Origin: Dipteris shenzhenensis
Taxonomy: Eukaryota
Reading direction: 5' to 3' (one strand)
DNA: 64,000 nt
Assembly: GCA_047967505.1 (NCBI GenBank)
Contig: CM106538.1
In this document: positions 1 to 12,700 of the stretch, in pieces
How positions within the stretch are numbered: the first letter of the stretch is position 1
Layout of the letters: every line of letters starts with the position of its first letter
The notes under the pieces: generated by a model
Told to the model about the DNA's origin: nothing
What the model saw: only the letters and a program-made list of their open reading frames with translations
Databases searched by the model: none
Translations under genes and position numbers: made by a program

Positions 1-551
1 TGGAAAGGCAAAGAGAGGGGTAAAGAGGAGAGTAAAGATGTCACTCTATTTATGAGACCCCTCCCCTCTCACAGACAAAGCGATAGTTGATGTAGTCTAA
101 CGTAACCTAAACTAGTCTAACCTACCCTAGCCACTGTAGTCTAAGGCTAAGCCTACCACATCTAACCCAACCTTAACTAATGTAAACTAACCTAATTTAA
201 CTCAACCTACTTTATTTTAATGTAGGTTAAGCTAACGACATGGCAAGAGCAAGGTGGAGGCATCAACAGGAGTGCCATTATGAGGGTGAACAATGACGTG
301 AGGAGAGGGGGAAGCTGAGAGTGAGAGTGAGGGAGGGAGAGGGAGATGTTGAGAGAGGGGTTGATGAAGAAGAGTGGATGGCAAGGTCAGAGAGGGGAGG
401 CTAAATGGACTGATGAGGGAGGGAGAGGGGGTCAAGCAACTAACAACATGATGGTAAGGGAGGGAGAGGGATAGGAATATGGTGGATCTAAGCGGCTGAG
501 AGAGAGGAAGAGAGGGGGTTGAGGAAAGGGGGAAGGGGAGGGCATAGAAAC

Positions 552-553
<2 letters not shown>

Positions 554-591
<38 letters not shown>

Positions 592-616
592 GAGAGAGAG
601 AGGGGGGGGGGGGGGC
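554..616. repeat. (GA)n microsatellite plus poly-G run within a purine-rich tract
   Basis: Directly visible; explains the Ser/Leu-repeat ORFs at 232-706. Confidence 0.9.
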
Positions 617-1581
617 AGCACAAGGAGATGGCAACACACTTTCGCTTAAGGCTGCTCTTTTGTGCCCAAATTTGCATGAGTAAGCATATGAAGGTGGGCA
701 GCTCATATTTTCGAGCTAATGAGCACCTTCAAAAATCTGAACTTGCCGCTTAGCCCCTTCCACCAAACTAAGTGAACAAACAAAAATGAATTCCTAACAT
801 ATTCATATCTTTTCAAAGAACTCAGTACATTTCTATGTTGTCTTCAAAGTCTTTCGCATTAATCTTGTCAACAAATCATGTTCTTAACAATAATGATTAA
901 ACAGCAATACACACTTTTGAAAGAGCATAATTGATGGCAACGTATCATTGAGAAGATGATCACCTGTTCACATGATATAATAGCTGTCTGTGAAGTTTTG
1001 AACAGAAATTGACATCTCTGCATACCAAAAGAACTTTGATATTGCTCCTCTAGTGCTTGCCGATTTCTTCCATAGGGCGTTAGAGAGCCTAAGGATGGTT
1101 GTAATAAAGGCACCGATCAATGCAGCTACAGAAATTGTATTCGATACTCCATTCTTGATGACATGTTTTTGGAGCACGAAAAGACTCTTCCAGAGATCTG
1201 TGAGGACGCACCGAGGCAAGTACCAGCTACGATGAATTTTTTTCATACCTTTCCTACTTAAAGCTACAATTGGACCAATAGATAGATGTAGCATTGACGT
1301 ATTGAACTTTTAAACCTCCCTCTGCTTAAAAGAGACTATCGCTCAAAATTTACGCTGAAAATTGTTCCAAAGGATCCATGACATTGAGACAATGAGATTC
1401 AGGCATAGTTGTAAAGAAGATTCAACACATTATAAGAGGAGAAGCAGAAAGTAGAATTGCATGAACTACACTAGTTTCAGAAGAAGCAGTCTTGCAATTT
1501 TGAGTTACATTATCAAAATTGAGATCTACCTTGCACTTAAAGAACTCCGTTTCATTGGACATGAACCCCATCGGGCATTCC

Positions 1582-2751
1582 TCAACGTATTCTTTCCTGA
1601 ATAATTTTCAAAAGTTCAGAAGGGAAATCCTTTCGTAAGTGTTCGATCAAACAGTCGCTCTCCATCACCGATGCAAGATTTATAGACACAAATCTCAAAC
1701 AGGCGGCTTTTAACTGTGACGAATGATGCTGATCTGCTAAGGTAAGAGTGATGACAACATTGTCGACACTTAATTGTTCGCATAACTTCGATTCACAGAG
1801 CAGCTTCAGCCGCTCCAAACCGTATCGATCTGCTGCAGCTAACAAATGCTGAGCCAATATTGATGAATCTGAAAACGGTGATTCTGACAATCCACTATCA
1901 TCGTTCGGATAAGCATCCCTGTATATATAATGCAGCATTGCCTTGAAAACAGGTGCTGCTATGTCTACGACCGGAATGATCTTCGACGACTCGCTCTCTG
2001 CCATGGGACCAAAAAACTGCGCTCTGAACACAGGAGACCGTGCAGCAAGGATTGCCTTGTGCGCACGGAATATTTGAGAGTCTACTTCAATTTCAATATC
2101 GTAATTTACACCCGTGTCCAAGAGTTCTCCAAAATCAAGCGCTAGATTAGGCTCTGGCACACGGATGGACAAGAGCTTTGGTCTGGGGGGAGGAGAACGA
2201 ATCACGCCGAGGGTGCAAGTTAATTTAAGGCTGTCATTCTTCAAGAAATTGGAGTGGAGGAGATCAGCTACAGGGAGTAATTTGATAGCAGCAAGAGAGG
2301 AAGCTCCGGGTTTGAATGTGCAAGGGCTAGTGGAGCGTGCGCAAATTGTGTGATTGCCTTTGCCGCTCTGATCGAGTACGCTCTGATCGAGTAGAGCTAA
2401 TTCGAAAACTGCCTGGACCTCCGCTCTCTCAGTTTGAAGGGCGATGGAAACAGAAAAATAGTCAGCGTCAGTTGGTACACCCTTCGGATAGACATGGATT
2501 GCCCACTGGTACCCTCCGACCATAAAAGCTTCGCTGGAAATATACTGATCATGGGCGACAATCAAAGAATATCCAAGGATTTCGAAATCATGGCGGCCTT
2601 GGACAGCCCGCAGGTCATACGCTGAGGAGGAGGAAGAACAAATTGAGGCAGGCGACTTTGCATCTTCTTCTGCTACAAAGCCAGGATCTTCTTGCCAATT
2701 TCCACGAATAGCTTTACGAAAAGCAGCCCATCTACGCTTAGCCAAAGCCAT
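1582..2751 (-). CDS. Intronless MATH-BTB/POZ protein (BPM/SPOP-like CUL3 adaptor), 389 aa
   Basis: Single open ORF. It has MATH motifs (SEAFMVGGYQWAIHVYPKG, FLKNDSLKLTCTLGVI), BTB motifs (FRAHKAILAARSPVFRAQFFG, FKAMLHYIYRD, HLLAAADRYGLERLKLLCE) and a BACK-like tail (LADQHHSSQLKAACL). Confidence 0.92.
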   Translation of the reverse strand: MALAKRRWAAFRKAIRGNWQEDPGFVAEEDAKSPASICSSSSSAYDLRAVQGRHDFEILGYSLIVAHDQYISSEAFMVGGYQWAIHVYPKGVPTDADYFSVSIALQTERAEVQAVFELALLDQSVLDQSGKGNHTICARSTSPCTFKPGASSLAAIKLLPVADLLHSNFLKNDSLKLTCTLGVIRSPPPRPKLLSIRVPEPNLALDFGELLDTGVNYDIEIEVDSQIFRAHKAILAARSPVFRAQFFGPMAESESSKIIPVVDIAAPVFKAMLHYIYRDAYPNDDSGLSESPFSDSSILAQHLLAAADRYGLERLKLLCESKLCEQLSVDNVVITLTLADQHHSSQLKAACLRFVSINLASVMESDCLIEHLRKDFPSELLKIIQERIR

Positions 2752-2780
2752 TTGAATTGAGCTCGAGGAAGATGAACTCT

Positions 2781-2838
2781 CCTATATATTTATATATATA
2801 TATACACGTACGTACTATATATATATATATATATACAC
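2781..2838 (-). promoter_or_regulatory. (TA)n/ACGTAC tract just upstream of the MATH-BTB start; possible TATA region
   Basis: TATATA runs with CACGTAC motifs 30-90 bp upstream of the ATG. Confidence 0.3.
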
Positions 2839-2952
2839 GTACTTACGTATGTATGTACCCTCAAAGAAGAAAGGCTTACAAAAGATAGCTACTTACTATT
2901 CTAAAATGACGCTCCTCCTTAAATAATGTTGCCTCACCATACCTTAATGGCA

Positions 2953-3397
2953 TGTAGAGGCAAACCCTAGCCTTAGGGGTTCTCATTTATATATTCAATA
3001 CTACATAGTTTACATGTAGCTATATCGTGTGCACCCCCCCCTCTCTCTCTCTCTCTCTCTCCCCACTTTATCATGGTATCACAGCCGATGGTGCCTCCAC
3101 TCCCTTCATGAGTGTCAAGCCCTCCTTCTGCCTCGAGGCATCCTCTAGCGAGGTTTATCCTTTGAGAGAGTTTTATGTTTGAGAGAGAAAGACCTTGCCC
3201 TTGTTCCGTCAAAGAACAAGCCCTCCCTTCTCTAGCTCTCATCGTAGAGCTCCTCTCCATTTCTGTTTTGGTGCAGGAAGCTCTCCATTCCGCTTCATGG
3301 AGCTCAAGATATAGTGTTGAGAGGTGAAGGTTCCTTGTAAGCTCTTTGTAAGGTTCAAGTATTATGGTTCTTTGTTGTGAAGAGATGAAATAAGGTT
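2953..3397 (+). mobile_element. Short LTR (2953-3073, TG...CA) with tRNA-iMet-like PBS and start of internal region, cut off by a CACTA insertion
   Basis: ...TTTATCA is followed by TGGTATCACAGCC (3074-3086), one mismatch from the TGGTATCAGAGCC PBS. The LTR left boundary is inferred from a TG start only. Confidence 0.5.
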
Positions 3398-6160
3398 CAC
3401 TACTACACACGGATCCTATTGCGACGTTTACGTACCGACGTTTAGTGCGCGGGGTGCTAATTGTCGGTATAAAAAGCGCGTCCCATAAAGCGTTGCTATA
3501 TAGTGACTTTAGGCAAACGTCACTATATAGCGACTATTACAAAGGTCGCTATATAGTGACACTGATATACTATTTTATAGCGACATTTTTCAGAGAGGTT
3601 TTTTACTCATATAGGCCTTAAAAGTTCGTTTTTTCCAATGATAAATTTTTTTAAATTTTCATACATGTTTGATCTCATAGAGAATAAAAATATGAGAGCA
3701 TGTACATCAAACCTTTGAAGCTCGTATATTCATGTCCAAGTTTGAGATGAAAAAAATCAATGAAGAGCATTTACATCAACTGTTTCATCTTGAGCCAAGT
3801 CTAAGGTGCCAAACAAGTCTATCTCCAACTCTATACTGAGTTGATCTCCTATATCATCATCGTACTTTAGCATCGTACGTTCACCTAAAACACTTGATCA
3901 TCTTCTTCAATAAAGTGTGGTGATTCTTTTGTCTTCTTCCTCAATATTGTGATCTCCATCTTCCTCCCGTGCGATGTCATTATGCGCATCTTCCTCTTGG
4001 CTCATAATGTGATCTTTATCTTCTTCGCTAGATTCATCGGGATCAATTGGATCCAGCATTGGTAGTGGCATCTCCATATCCACAGCTCTATCTTCAAAAT
4101 TTTGCTTACTTCGTGGTGCAACTTGGATCACGTACCACCATCTTGGATCAGAATGATCCGAATGAAAAACCACCTATATTGAAGATGGGTGCCAAATGTC
4201 ATCAATTATATACATGAAATTATGCTCAAGTACATGTATCAATGGATCTTCAAAAATGAAAGCTTCGATTAATTAAATCATTAGTATGCACCTACTCACA
4301 GTACTCGGGAAGAACAAAAGTATCACTTTCATCGGCCTAATGTTTGGTGGAGTCTATTGCAAAGAAACCGCTACTATCTTTTCTCACTGTCGCATGGGGA
4401 CCGTTGTAAATAGTTCTAAACCATTTTACATCAAGAATGAAAATACTAAATTGTCTGAAATCAACTTCATAGATTTCGCGTATGGTTCCACAATAATCCA
4501 ACTGTGAGGAGAGAAGAAGCACTTGCTCGGCTATCTTGTGTGAAGTTAGCCATGACTCCACAATCATACATGACTCTCTTTGAATCGATGCGTTCCACGC
4601 GAAAATGTCATCCATATGACCATAATGCACCGTGACTCTCTTTGAATCGATGCGCTCCATGCGAAAATGTTGTCCATATGACCATAATGCACTGTACTTT
4701 TTGTACTATAAAAGAGCATCATTAAAACAATGAAGATGCATCTATTTTATAACGTATATTGCCACAAATAATTACTTAATTATGTCAAGAGGTAAGAAAC
4801 TTACATGCACCCTACATCTAGATGATAACTCTTGCTCGCGCTCGTTTATTGTCTCTCCATCGCGTTCGGCTTAACGTAGCGCCAGTTGTAGCCAATCAAG
4901 TAACATGTGAGTTGGGAGAAGAGCCATATCCCGTGGATATGGTTGCGATCGCCTGTACATTACTCTGAATCTCGTCCTTGCATTTATTCTTTCTGCTTTG
5001 GCCACTTCATATCTCTCAATACACTTCTGCATCTCAGGGCTATTGAGGATACAAAACTTATTGAATTTCTCCATTTGCTCTTCGCTCATCTTTCTTTCAA
5101 TCCCTTTTCCTTGGGGAACCTTGCCAATGATGCAATCATCATCCTTGTTATGCCAAGCTTGCGGCATATCGGGATTTGTGGATGCAAGAAACTTCGTGAT
5201 ATATACTAATGACTCTTGCATAAGCCATCCCTCTACCATGCTTGCTTCTAGTCTTGCTCTTTGTCTTACAAATCCCTTTAAAGTTTTCATAAACCGCTCG
5301 AGAAAAAACATCCATCGACTATGAACGGTACCTGCAATAGCCACCCCATCAACTATGTGCACAAGCAAGTGGACTTGAGTTGTCATAATGCTCGAGGAAA
5401 AGCGCTTCTCAAGCAAGCATATGGCTTCGATGGATTCCACCCTAGCCTTCTCGACTCTCTATATGGAGATCTCTTTTTGAGATATCCACCTATTTCACAT
5501 GTCCATGTAAGATATTTTCATAATCAGTCTACAGATTAATCAGCTTAAATTGAAGAAAATGCAATTAATGCGATTTGATAGTAAGCATACCTCACAATAC
5601 CATAGATCTTGAATATAGCATTTCTAACATCTTCTTATAAGCACCCTTTTATTGTAATTGGGAGGATGAACTATCAAAGTAACAAAGAAGTCATGTCAAT
5701 AATATAACATAATCATAATTATGCTAATGCATCACGATTATCGGTATACTAATTCTACAGCTTAGAATACTTGTAAGAACTTGTGCCAATCATGGGACTT
5801 GAGCCCACTAAGCTTATTGTCCTTTGAAAATGCTCCTTTCAAGCAATGCATGTACCCTATCGGTGTTTGGAAAGAGGCAATGTCCACCTTGACCACTGCC
5901 TCCTCCCTTGTAGAGAGGATCCACGTTGCTTTCGGGAGGACAACTTTTCCCGAAGCATGCACTTGGAGCCACAAACGAGACATCCTATTCATAGCACGCA
6001 AATCTTTTCGCACTCCTCTCGAGTCTTTGAAACCAACCAAGTGTGCCCAAATAGTAGCCCCCACATTCTTGAAGATATGCATGGGATCCAAGAGATGATT
6101 GATTTGTAACTGACCCCAATAAGGAAGCTCATGGAAGATCGATAGCCTCTTCAATGTCCC
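3398..6160 (-). mobile_element. CACTA/EnSpm transposon, 3' part: terminus plus decayed Tnp2/TnpD transposase exons
   Basis: CACTA terminus at 3398 with subterminal TATAG(C/T)GAC repeats in both orientations (3490-3585). Exons encode LPYW..HLLDPMHIFKN and GLKSHDWHKF (Transposase_21-like), VHLLVH..WMFFLERFMKTLK (DUF4218-like) and YCGTIREI..VKWF / WWYVIQVAPR (DUF4216-like). Confidence 0.88.
4571..4694. repeat. 62-bp tandem duplication inside a CACTA exon
   Basis: TGACTCTCTTTGAATCGATGCG... starts at 4571 and at 4633. Confidence 0.9.
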
Positions 6161-6906
6161 ATGCTTGGCTATAAGAAGCTCTTCATGAAGCTGAAGATGA
6201 TGAAGAGGATGTAATTGATCAAGAGCAGAAACTTGTGGTCGGATGTATGCCACATGTAAGTTTTTTACCTTTTTACTTTATTTGAGTATTTATGATCACA
6301 ATCACTACAAAATGCATCCTTCTTTCCTTGCAGTTAGATTATTTTGGGACCATACGTGACAAATGAATTGATTAAAAGCTAATATCTTTGTTTTTAAGCA
6401 AATGTTGGTAGATGCTTATATATGTATATATTTTTACTTAAGCATAAATGAATATAACTACTAGCACCTAATTTGTATCTTCAACGTACATGGTCTTTCA
6501 TCCAGATCGTTTGGATCGAAGATGATGGTATGTGGTCCAAGTTGCTCCTCGAAGCAAACATATTTTTGAAGGTAGGAATGTGGATACAGAGATGCCGACA
6601 GAAGATCCAAATAATGATGCCAATGGATCTAGGGAAGAGGATGAAGATGATGATATGGCCCATGAAGAAGGTGACAATAATGACAATGTAATGGAGGAAG
6701 GTGGAGATCATGACTTTGGGGAAGAAGAGGGGGAACTAGACACCGGTGAACTAGAGGATCAAGTCTTAGGTAGACATACAATAGGGGATGATGATGTAGG
6801 TGATCAATTGTATGTAAACCTTGAGATAGACATATTTGGCATGCAAGACTTGGCTCAAGATGAAGCCGTCGATGTAAATGCTACTGATTCATTGTTTTCA
6901 CATTGA
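6161..6906 (+). mobile_element. Second, diverged CACTA transposase 3' fragment in the opposite orientation
   Basis: The + strand reads EALHEAEDDEEDVIDQEQKLVVGCMPH|gtaag, ttgcag|LDYFGTIRD and VFHPDRLDR..YVVQVAPRSKH plus an acidic tail. These parallel the minus-strand exons at 3907-4870. Confidence 0.8.
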
Positions 6907-7499
6907 TGAGACTTCCTACGTCATTTGGACCTCATATTTTTAGGGCCTTAGCACTTTGCGAGTTTTTTTACAACGAGTTTTGCAAGTTTTCAACCCTATA
7001 AATATATAGCTTGTGGCTTGCTATATATTCACCCTAGATATAATCTACCCTTGCTACCTCATTATCTCAATAAATAGCAAGATTTCATAAATGTTTGTTG
7101 CGACTTCTTGCATTAATTATTTATAACCCATAGCAAGACCTGTCAATTGCAAAGATTAATTCTAAAGCTCATAAAACCAAGCTCTCCTTAGGCCAAAAAA
7201 CCCGGCTGATGTCCAAACATATTTGAAAGGACACGTAGAATATGAACAACAATTTCATATTTTCAAAGCCAAAATCTACCATGTGTAATGCTAGATTAGC
7301 CAAAATTTAAGATTTGCATCGTTTCCTATCATATAAACAAAATGTTTCTCAATAAAAGAAAAATGGATCAAACTGTCTCACCAACTTCCCACCACGATAC
7401 CTCAAATAGCCTTGTGGTTGCTAGAACGAGATAAAATTTGGAAGAGTTCCGTGGGAGAGAGTTGTGGGTTATGTCAAGACCCAATGTCACTATGTAAAC

Positions 7500-9780
7500 A
7501 AAGCACATATGCTTGCAAACGATGAACTTTCCTTTCTCAATCCTCTAGACAAAGTATGCACATGTGTATTGTGGAGAATCACTTATAGTCACATTGTAAG
7601 TGCTACGTGAAGGAGTTGTTGCATAGTTTTCAATTTGAAAGACAACCTTCCTATTCTAGTTAATGACTTGCTCTCGCACAACCACCACTATCAAATTCAT
7701 TGCCTTCGTGATCCTATCATTTGTTGTAGTAGAAATCGTTCTTCTTTGTCTTCCTTTTCCCCTTATTGCGACCTCACCTATGTTTAGAGCACTATCTAAC
7801 ACCACATTATTGGCCTACACTTCGTGAGCCTACAACATGTACCCTTATTTTTTCAATGCATCCGCTTCCTCTTGCCTCACGTTAGTTCCATTATCAATTG
7901 GCCATTGTTGTAGTGCCACTTTGGGTGGATTCACAATGTTCTTGTTTAGACGCCACGTATGAGTCACATCATCAGTACAAAACCACATGAATTGCATTGC
8001 CTTACCCCCACTATAAGCCCACTTTCCAAAGAATCCTGGGGCCACAATGTGAGTCCCTTGCCTTACCCAAGGTGATAGCCTTTCCACATTTTTTTTGGCC
8101 ACTGCTTGTGCCCATGCATATGACTTTACTACCACTAAGAATGTATGTAATTCCCCAAAATCTTTTGTGAATATGCTTTTCCACCAGAAATTGCACCAAT
8201 TGGACATGATTACTTGGTAATGATGATCTTCAACGATGCCCAATGTTTGATTCTGGTGTCCTTTTCACATTTACATAATCAATATCCGGTCTATGTGCCA
8301 TGTTCAAAGAAGCCTTAAGCAAATCTTTGACTAGTCTTTTTCTTCCTATAGTGATCTCATCCCCACCCAATCCTTTGTTTTTCACAACTAAGAAAGCTTC
8401 ATCAACAACACCACGAATAATATTTGCAGATCCTTGTTCTCAAATTGCATCAAGTTTACTAGACACCACCCACCTTACAAGTTTTTGCAAGATTGGTCCC
8501 ATCCCAATACGCCACCACGAATAATATTTGCAAATCCTTGTTCTCAAATTGCATCAAGTTTACCAGACACCACCCACCTTACAAGTTTTTGCAAGATTGG
8601 TCCCATCCCAATATGCTTACCCTTTATGTAAGATGCATAATGGGCACTTTGTAGAATTGAACCAACCATATTACCAACACAAGCTTCGTGTAGTCCTATC
8701 TGAGCATGATTCAACATAGCAGGCCAACCAACTCCCATGTTTGGATTTAGCCATGTTTACAATAGGCATGTTTGTGTGCTCCTCTTCTCCCAAAGTCTGC
8801 AAACAAAAATAAATTCCCATCTTTGATCAAAGAAACATTTGCATCGTAACTCATTTTAAACCAAGGTAATCTTAGAAACCTTCATGATATGTAGTGATAC
8901 TTACAACATTTATGTATGATCCCTAGTGCGAGTGTCTCACATGCCACCATGACAACCAACTATCCAAGGCAGGAAACCGTTGGGGGCATGCAATACCAGT
9001 TTGCCAGAAGGCTTTCATAACATTGTATTTGCCTTTGCATCTTGTTCATGCTCTACTTTTCTCCATGACTCGCACAATTCTATATGCCTAATTCTTTATT
9101 CGACAACTAGGAATTGTTTGGTATGCTTTATTAAACTATCTTTAAAATGAAACAAGTAGCTTCTTTCCCTACGTACCAAGGGTATACATTGACCTTTCCC
9201 ATAAACTTGCAAAATTGCATTCCAAATTGCCATGGCCTCATCTGCCACCATGAATCCATGGAATTGAACATCCATCACACCATGGTTTTTCATTTCAAGA
9301 TTTAATGTCTCCCAAATTTAATATTTGCTATGACATCTTCCACTTTCATCTCACAAATGGCTACTATATGTAGACTTTGAATATTGCACCAACAAAGAGT
9401 TGCTTAGAATCATCCAAATAATTAATATTAAATTTCATTGAAGGGCACTCAATTTGCATACCACGGTTCATACACTTGAGCTGCCATTGTAGACCAAGCA
9501 TGCACCCTTTGCAAATGATCAAAGCACACCCTTGATTGTTGCAAATCCCCTTCCTTTTGCATCCTCCTCACCAAATTAACACCTGCTGGTAATAGACATT
9601 TTAAAAATGTAACATCTTTCATTGGTAGTATCCATCAATTGCCCAAGAAACAACGATGCATGGAAGTTTTCATATTGACACTTTGCTTTTAGGTTTAGAA
9701 CATACTCAATTGAATCGTTAGCTAGATTTGAAGCCACTTTAAATGTTCAATCCATCTCCAAAGTCTACACAAAGACAGTT
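7500..9780 (-). mobile_element. Decayed Mutator-like DDE transposase
   Basis: Minus-strand motifs in order: CYIFKMS, CFDHLQRVHAWSTMAAQVY, AICEMKVED, FHGFMVADEA, ERSYLFHF, WLSWWH and NMAKSKHGSW (expected catalytic E reads K). Many stops; boundaries approximate. Confidence 0.6.
8411..8613. repeat. 104-bp tandem duplication
   Basis: CCACGAATAATATTTGCA starts at 8411 and at 8515. Confidence 0.9.
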
Positions 9781-9789
9781 GTCCTCAAT

Positions 9790-12700
9790 CTTTTTTTATG
9801 CAGCATGGATGAGCAATAATTTGACATAAGAAATACATGAGGAACCCAGGGCCATATCTTGTAAGGATTATATACAAAAGTCCCATTCCATATCCATTCC
9901 GGCTTGTTGTATCCTTTATCAAAGTCTATCTTGAGGAAGCACATATCTTGATTAGTTTCCTTAGCATATTCACACCCCTCCCAAATATTTGTGATTGCCT
10001 CCAAAAGGTGATGCCCTTTTATGAAGCCTTTCTATTCCTGAAGAATATAGTCTTTCATATTTCTTTAATTTCTAAGGGCTAGAACCTTAGCAAATATCGT
10101 ATATCTACAGTTAAGCATTGTGAGAGGTCTCCAATTCCTAAGGTTATCCTTAGAGACCTCCTTGGGGATGAGCTTGATGATTCCTCCATCAACATGAGAG
10201 GGTAGAGCACCCATGGAAATACTTTCTTGCCACAGTAGCAGTAAGTAGGGTCGAACTATGTCCTCAAAAAGCCTTTTAAACTTCAATGGGAAGACCATCC
10301 TCTCCTGGTGTTTTTCCATCTGGCATTACTATAACTGCTTGCTTTAGCTCTTCAATGGTAAAAGGCTTCTCTAAATTACCTATGTCAAACCTCTCTATAG
10401 ATTTTCATCTTACAACTTGGCACAACTCTCTGCCTCTCTGAACCTCTTCATCTAGAGTTACTATAGAAGAGAGGATTTCCTGGAAATGGCTATGTGTCAA
10501 ATTGATATTCTCCTCTGTGGATGAGACCAAAGTGCCATCGGCCTTCTTCAACAAAGGGATGTCCTCATCGAATCTTTTCATTCTAATAAGCTTAAAAGTC
10601 TCCTTGGTTGGCCTATCAATCTTACCTACCCACCAGTCCCTATAATACATTTCAGTGTCATTCAGTCTAATTTGCTCCTAGTTTTTGGGCTCTTTTTTAG
10701 CAGTTAGCAAATCACTTTGGGCATCTAGATCTCTTGATCTAGCCTACTTCTCTAAACTCTTAATCCTACTCTGAATCCTATCCATTCTCTAAGCTCTACT
10801 CCTAGCTCTATTCTTTCTAGCTATCTTGAAAAGTTTTTGAGTATTCTCAACTGCAACAACCCAAGTATCTGCAACATAAGTGCACTCAACAAAGGCATTA
10901 TCCCAAACTATATTTATCATGGATTGGACACTCTTCAAAGCAAAAAGTTTTGGGTCTATTTTAAACCAAGAAGTTCCTCTACAGGTATAAGCAGCCCTCA
11001 CTCCCTTAACTTCTACCATTACCATTGCAAACCCAAAGGCACAACAAAGAAAGACTAGCTTGTCGTCTGGATAGTTGGAGAGAAGAAAGTCTTAGTATTA
11101 AAAGAGCTAAGATTACTTAAAAGACCCTAGGAAAGATAAAACTTATCTAACCTGGCTTCTCTCCTACAATCACCGAATTGACTATTGCACCAAGTAAAAT
11201 CCCCCTTTAAACATGCCTCCACAAACTGCCAGTGCTCTTTAAAATGCTCCCATAATACCTTTTTGTCTGCTACTACTGCTGCATTTGGGGCATACACAAA
11301 AATAACTATACATTTATTCCCTTTGATGAAGCATTTGAGAAGCACCCATCTATTTTGACCATCTAGGTGACACCTCCATTGAAGTGAGAGAGGACTCCAA
11401 CAATAGTCCCTCCCTCCCTTCCACATGGGAAGTATAATACTAGACTCTTCTTTTCTCTATAGTCTTCAATCTACTCTCTAGATTGAATCTACAAGCCTTG
11501 ACCTCTTGTAATGCTATAAAAGTAGGGGAGAGTGAGTTAGCTCTCAACTAGTGATAAATCTCCTCTCCTCTTCCAAGTTCCATCAACCCTCTAACATTAA
11601 TGGTCAAGAAGGAGGCTACCTAACATTGTTTTTCTGCCCCTTCTTGGCCCTAGGATTTCATCACATGTGTAGACAGTCCACACAAGAAACAAGAATTGGG
11701 AAAATCCTTATACATTAGAGGTTGCTCCTCAAAGGTACTACCATTTTTATTTAGAATTATAAGTGTCATGGGCATTTCCTCTACAATGTCCATCTCAATA
11801 AGCACTTAGGGGTTCCCTTTGGGATTCATAAATTCTCCTATTCAACCCCAAGGACTTCTCCTAATCCATAGCATAAGGAAGGTAATTGATTGCACAGATA
11901 AAGGGGAAGATCAATCTCTACCCATATTGAAATCCTAGTGGATCTAGGGGCAACAGGAGAAAACTACTTGGACCACCATTGCAAGTACAGTGGCTGATTT
12001 TTAATGCTCCAAAGACCATGATGGAGGGCCCTTGCTACTGTCATCTCCGTCTTTAAATTAAGAAGAAAAAAAATCCTTTCTTTAAAAAATATTACATTTA
12101 ATACATTCATGCCCTTCCTTACCCAATTTGTTTTGATCCAAGTCTCAATAAGGCCACCGACTCTAAGAAGTAAGACTAACAGTGCATGAGTGCACATCCA
12201 CATCACTAAATCATTGATACGTTTGTCATCTAGGAAGGCCATTATTGACTTACTAAAACCAAGTTGTTCACCCTCACTTGTAGCTTGGCATGCTCCTTGA
12301 GTAGTTGATTGCGCATGAGCTCCTATTTTTTGATTGTCCTGGGGTGCTGACATATTCTCTTTCATTTTGCTAGTTAGGGGTACCCCCTGCTCACATTCGA
12401 GTCTTCCCAATAAGCCAGTAATCGACTCTTTGTTCTCCTATGCATTCATCATTTGTCATGGCACCACTGGTTGTGGTTCCTCCAACTCCACCTTGACTAT
12501 TATCCCCTCCTCTGATTCCTTATTTATTGCTATAGTTTCTTCCATTCATCGTGCTTTGGAGGTGTCCACTATTAGCTGGGGAACTATATCTTCTACTGTC
12601 TCCTCCTTGACCTTCAACAGGGGAGGCATCAGTTGCATTAACAAAGGTTCCTGTAAGAGTTCGTTCTCTCTCTTCAAAGGGGCTACCATCTCCTCTTTTG

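Noticed and set aside
232-706. Ser/Leu-repeat ORFs (also 19792-20669 and 22849-23432)
   Set aside because: Translations of GA/CT microsatellite or purine-rich DNA.
868-1294. Short ORFs downstream of the MATH-BTB gene
   Set aside because: No recognisable motifs; more likely 3' UTR or intergenic DNA.
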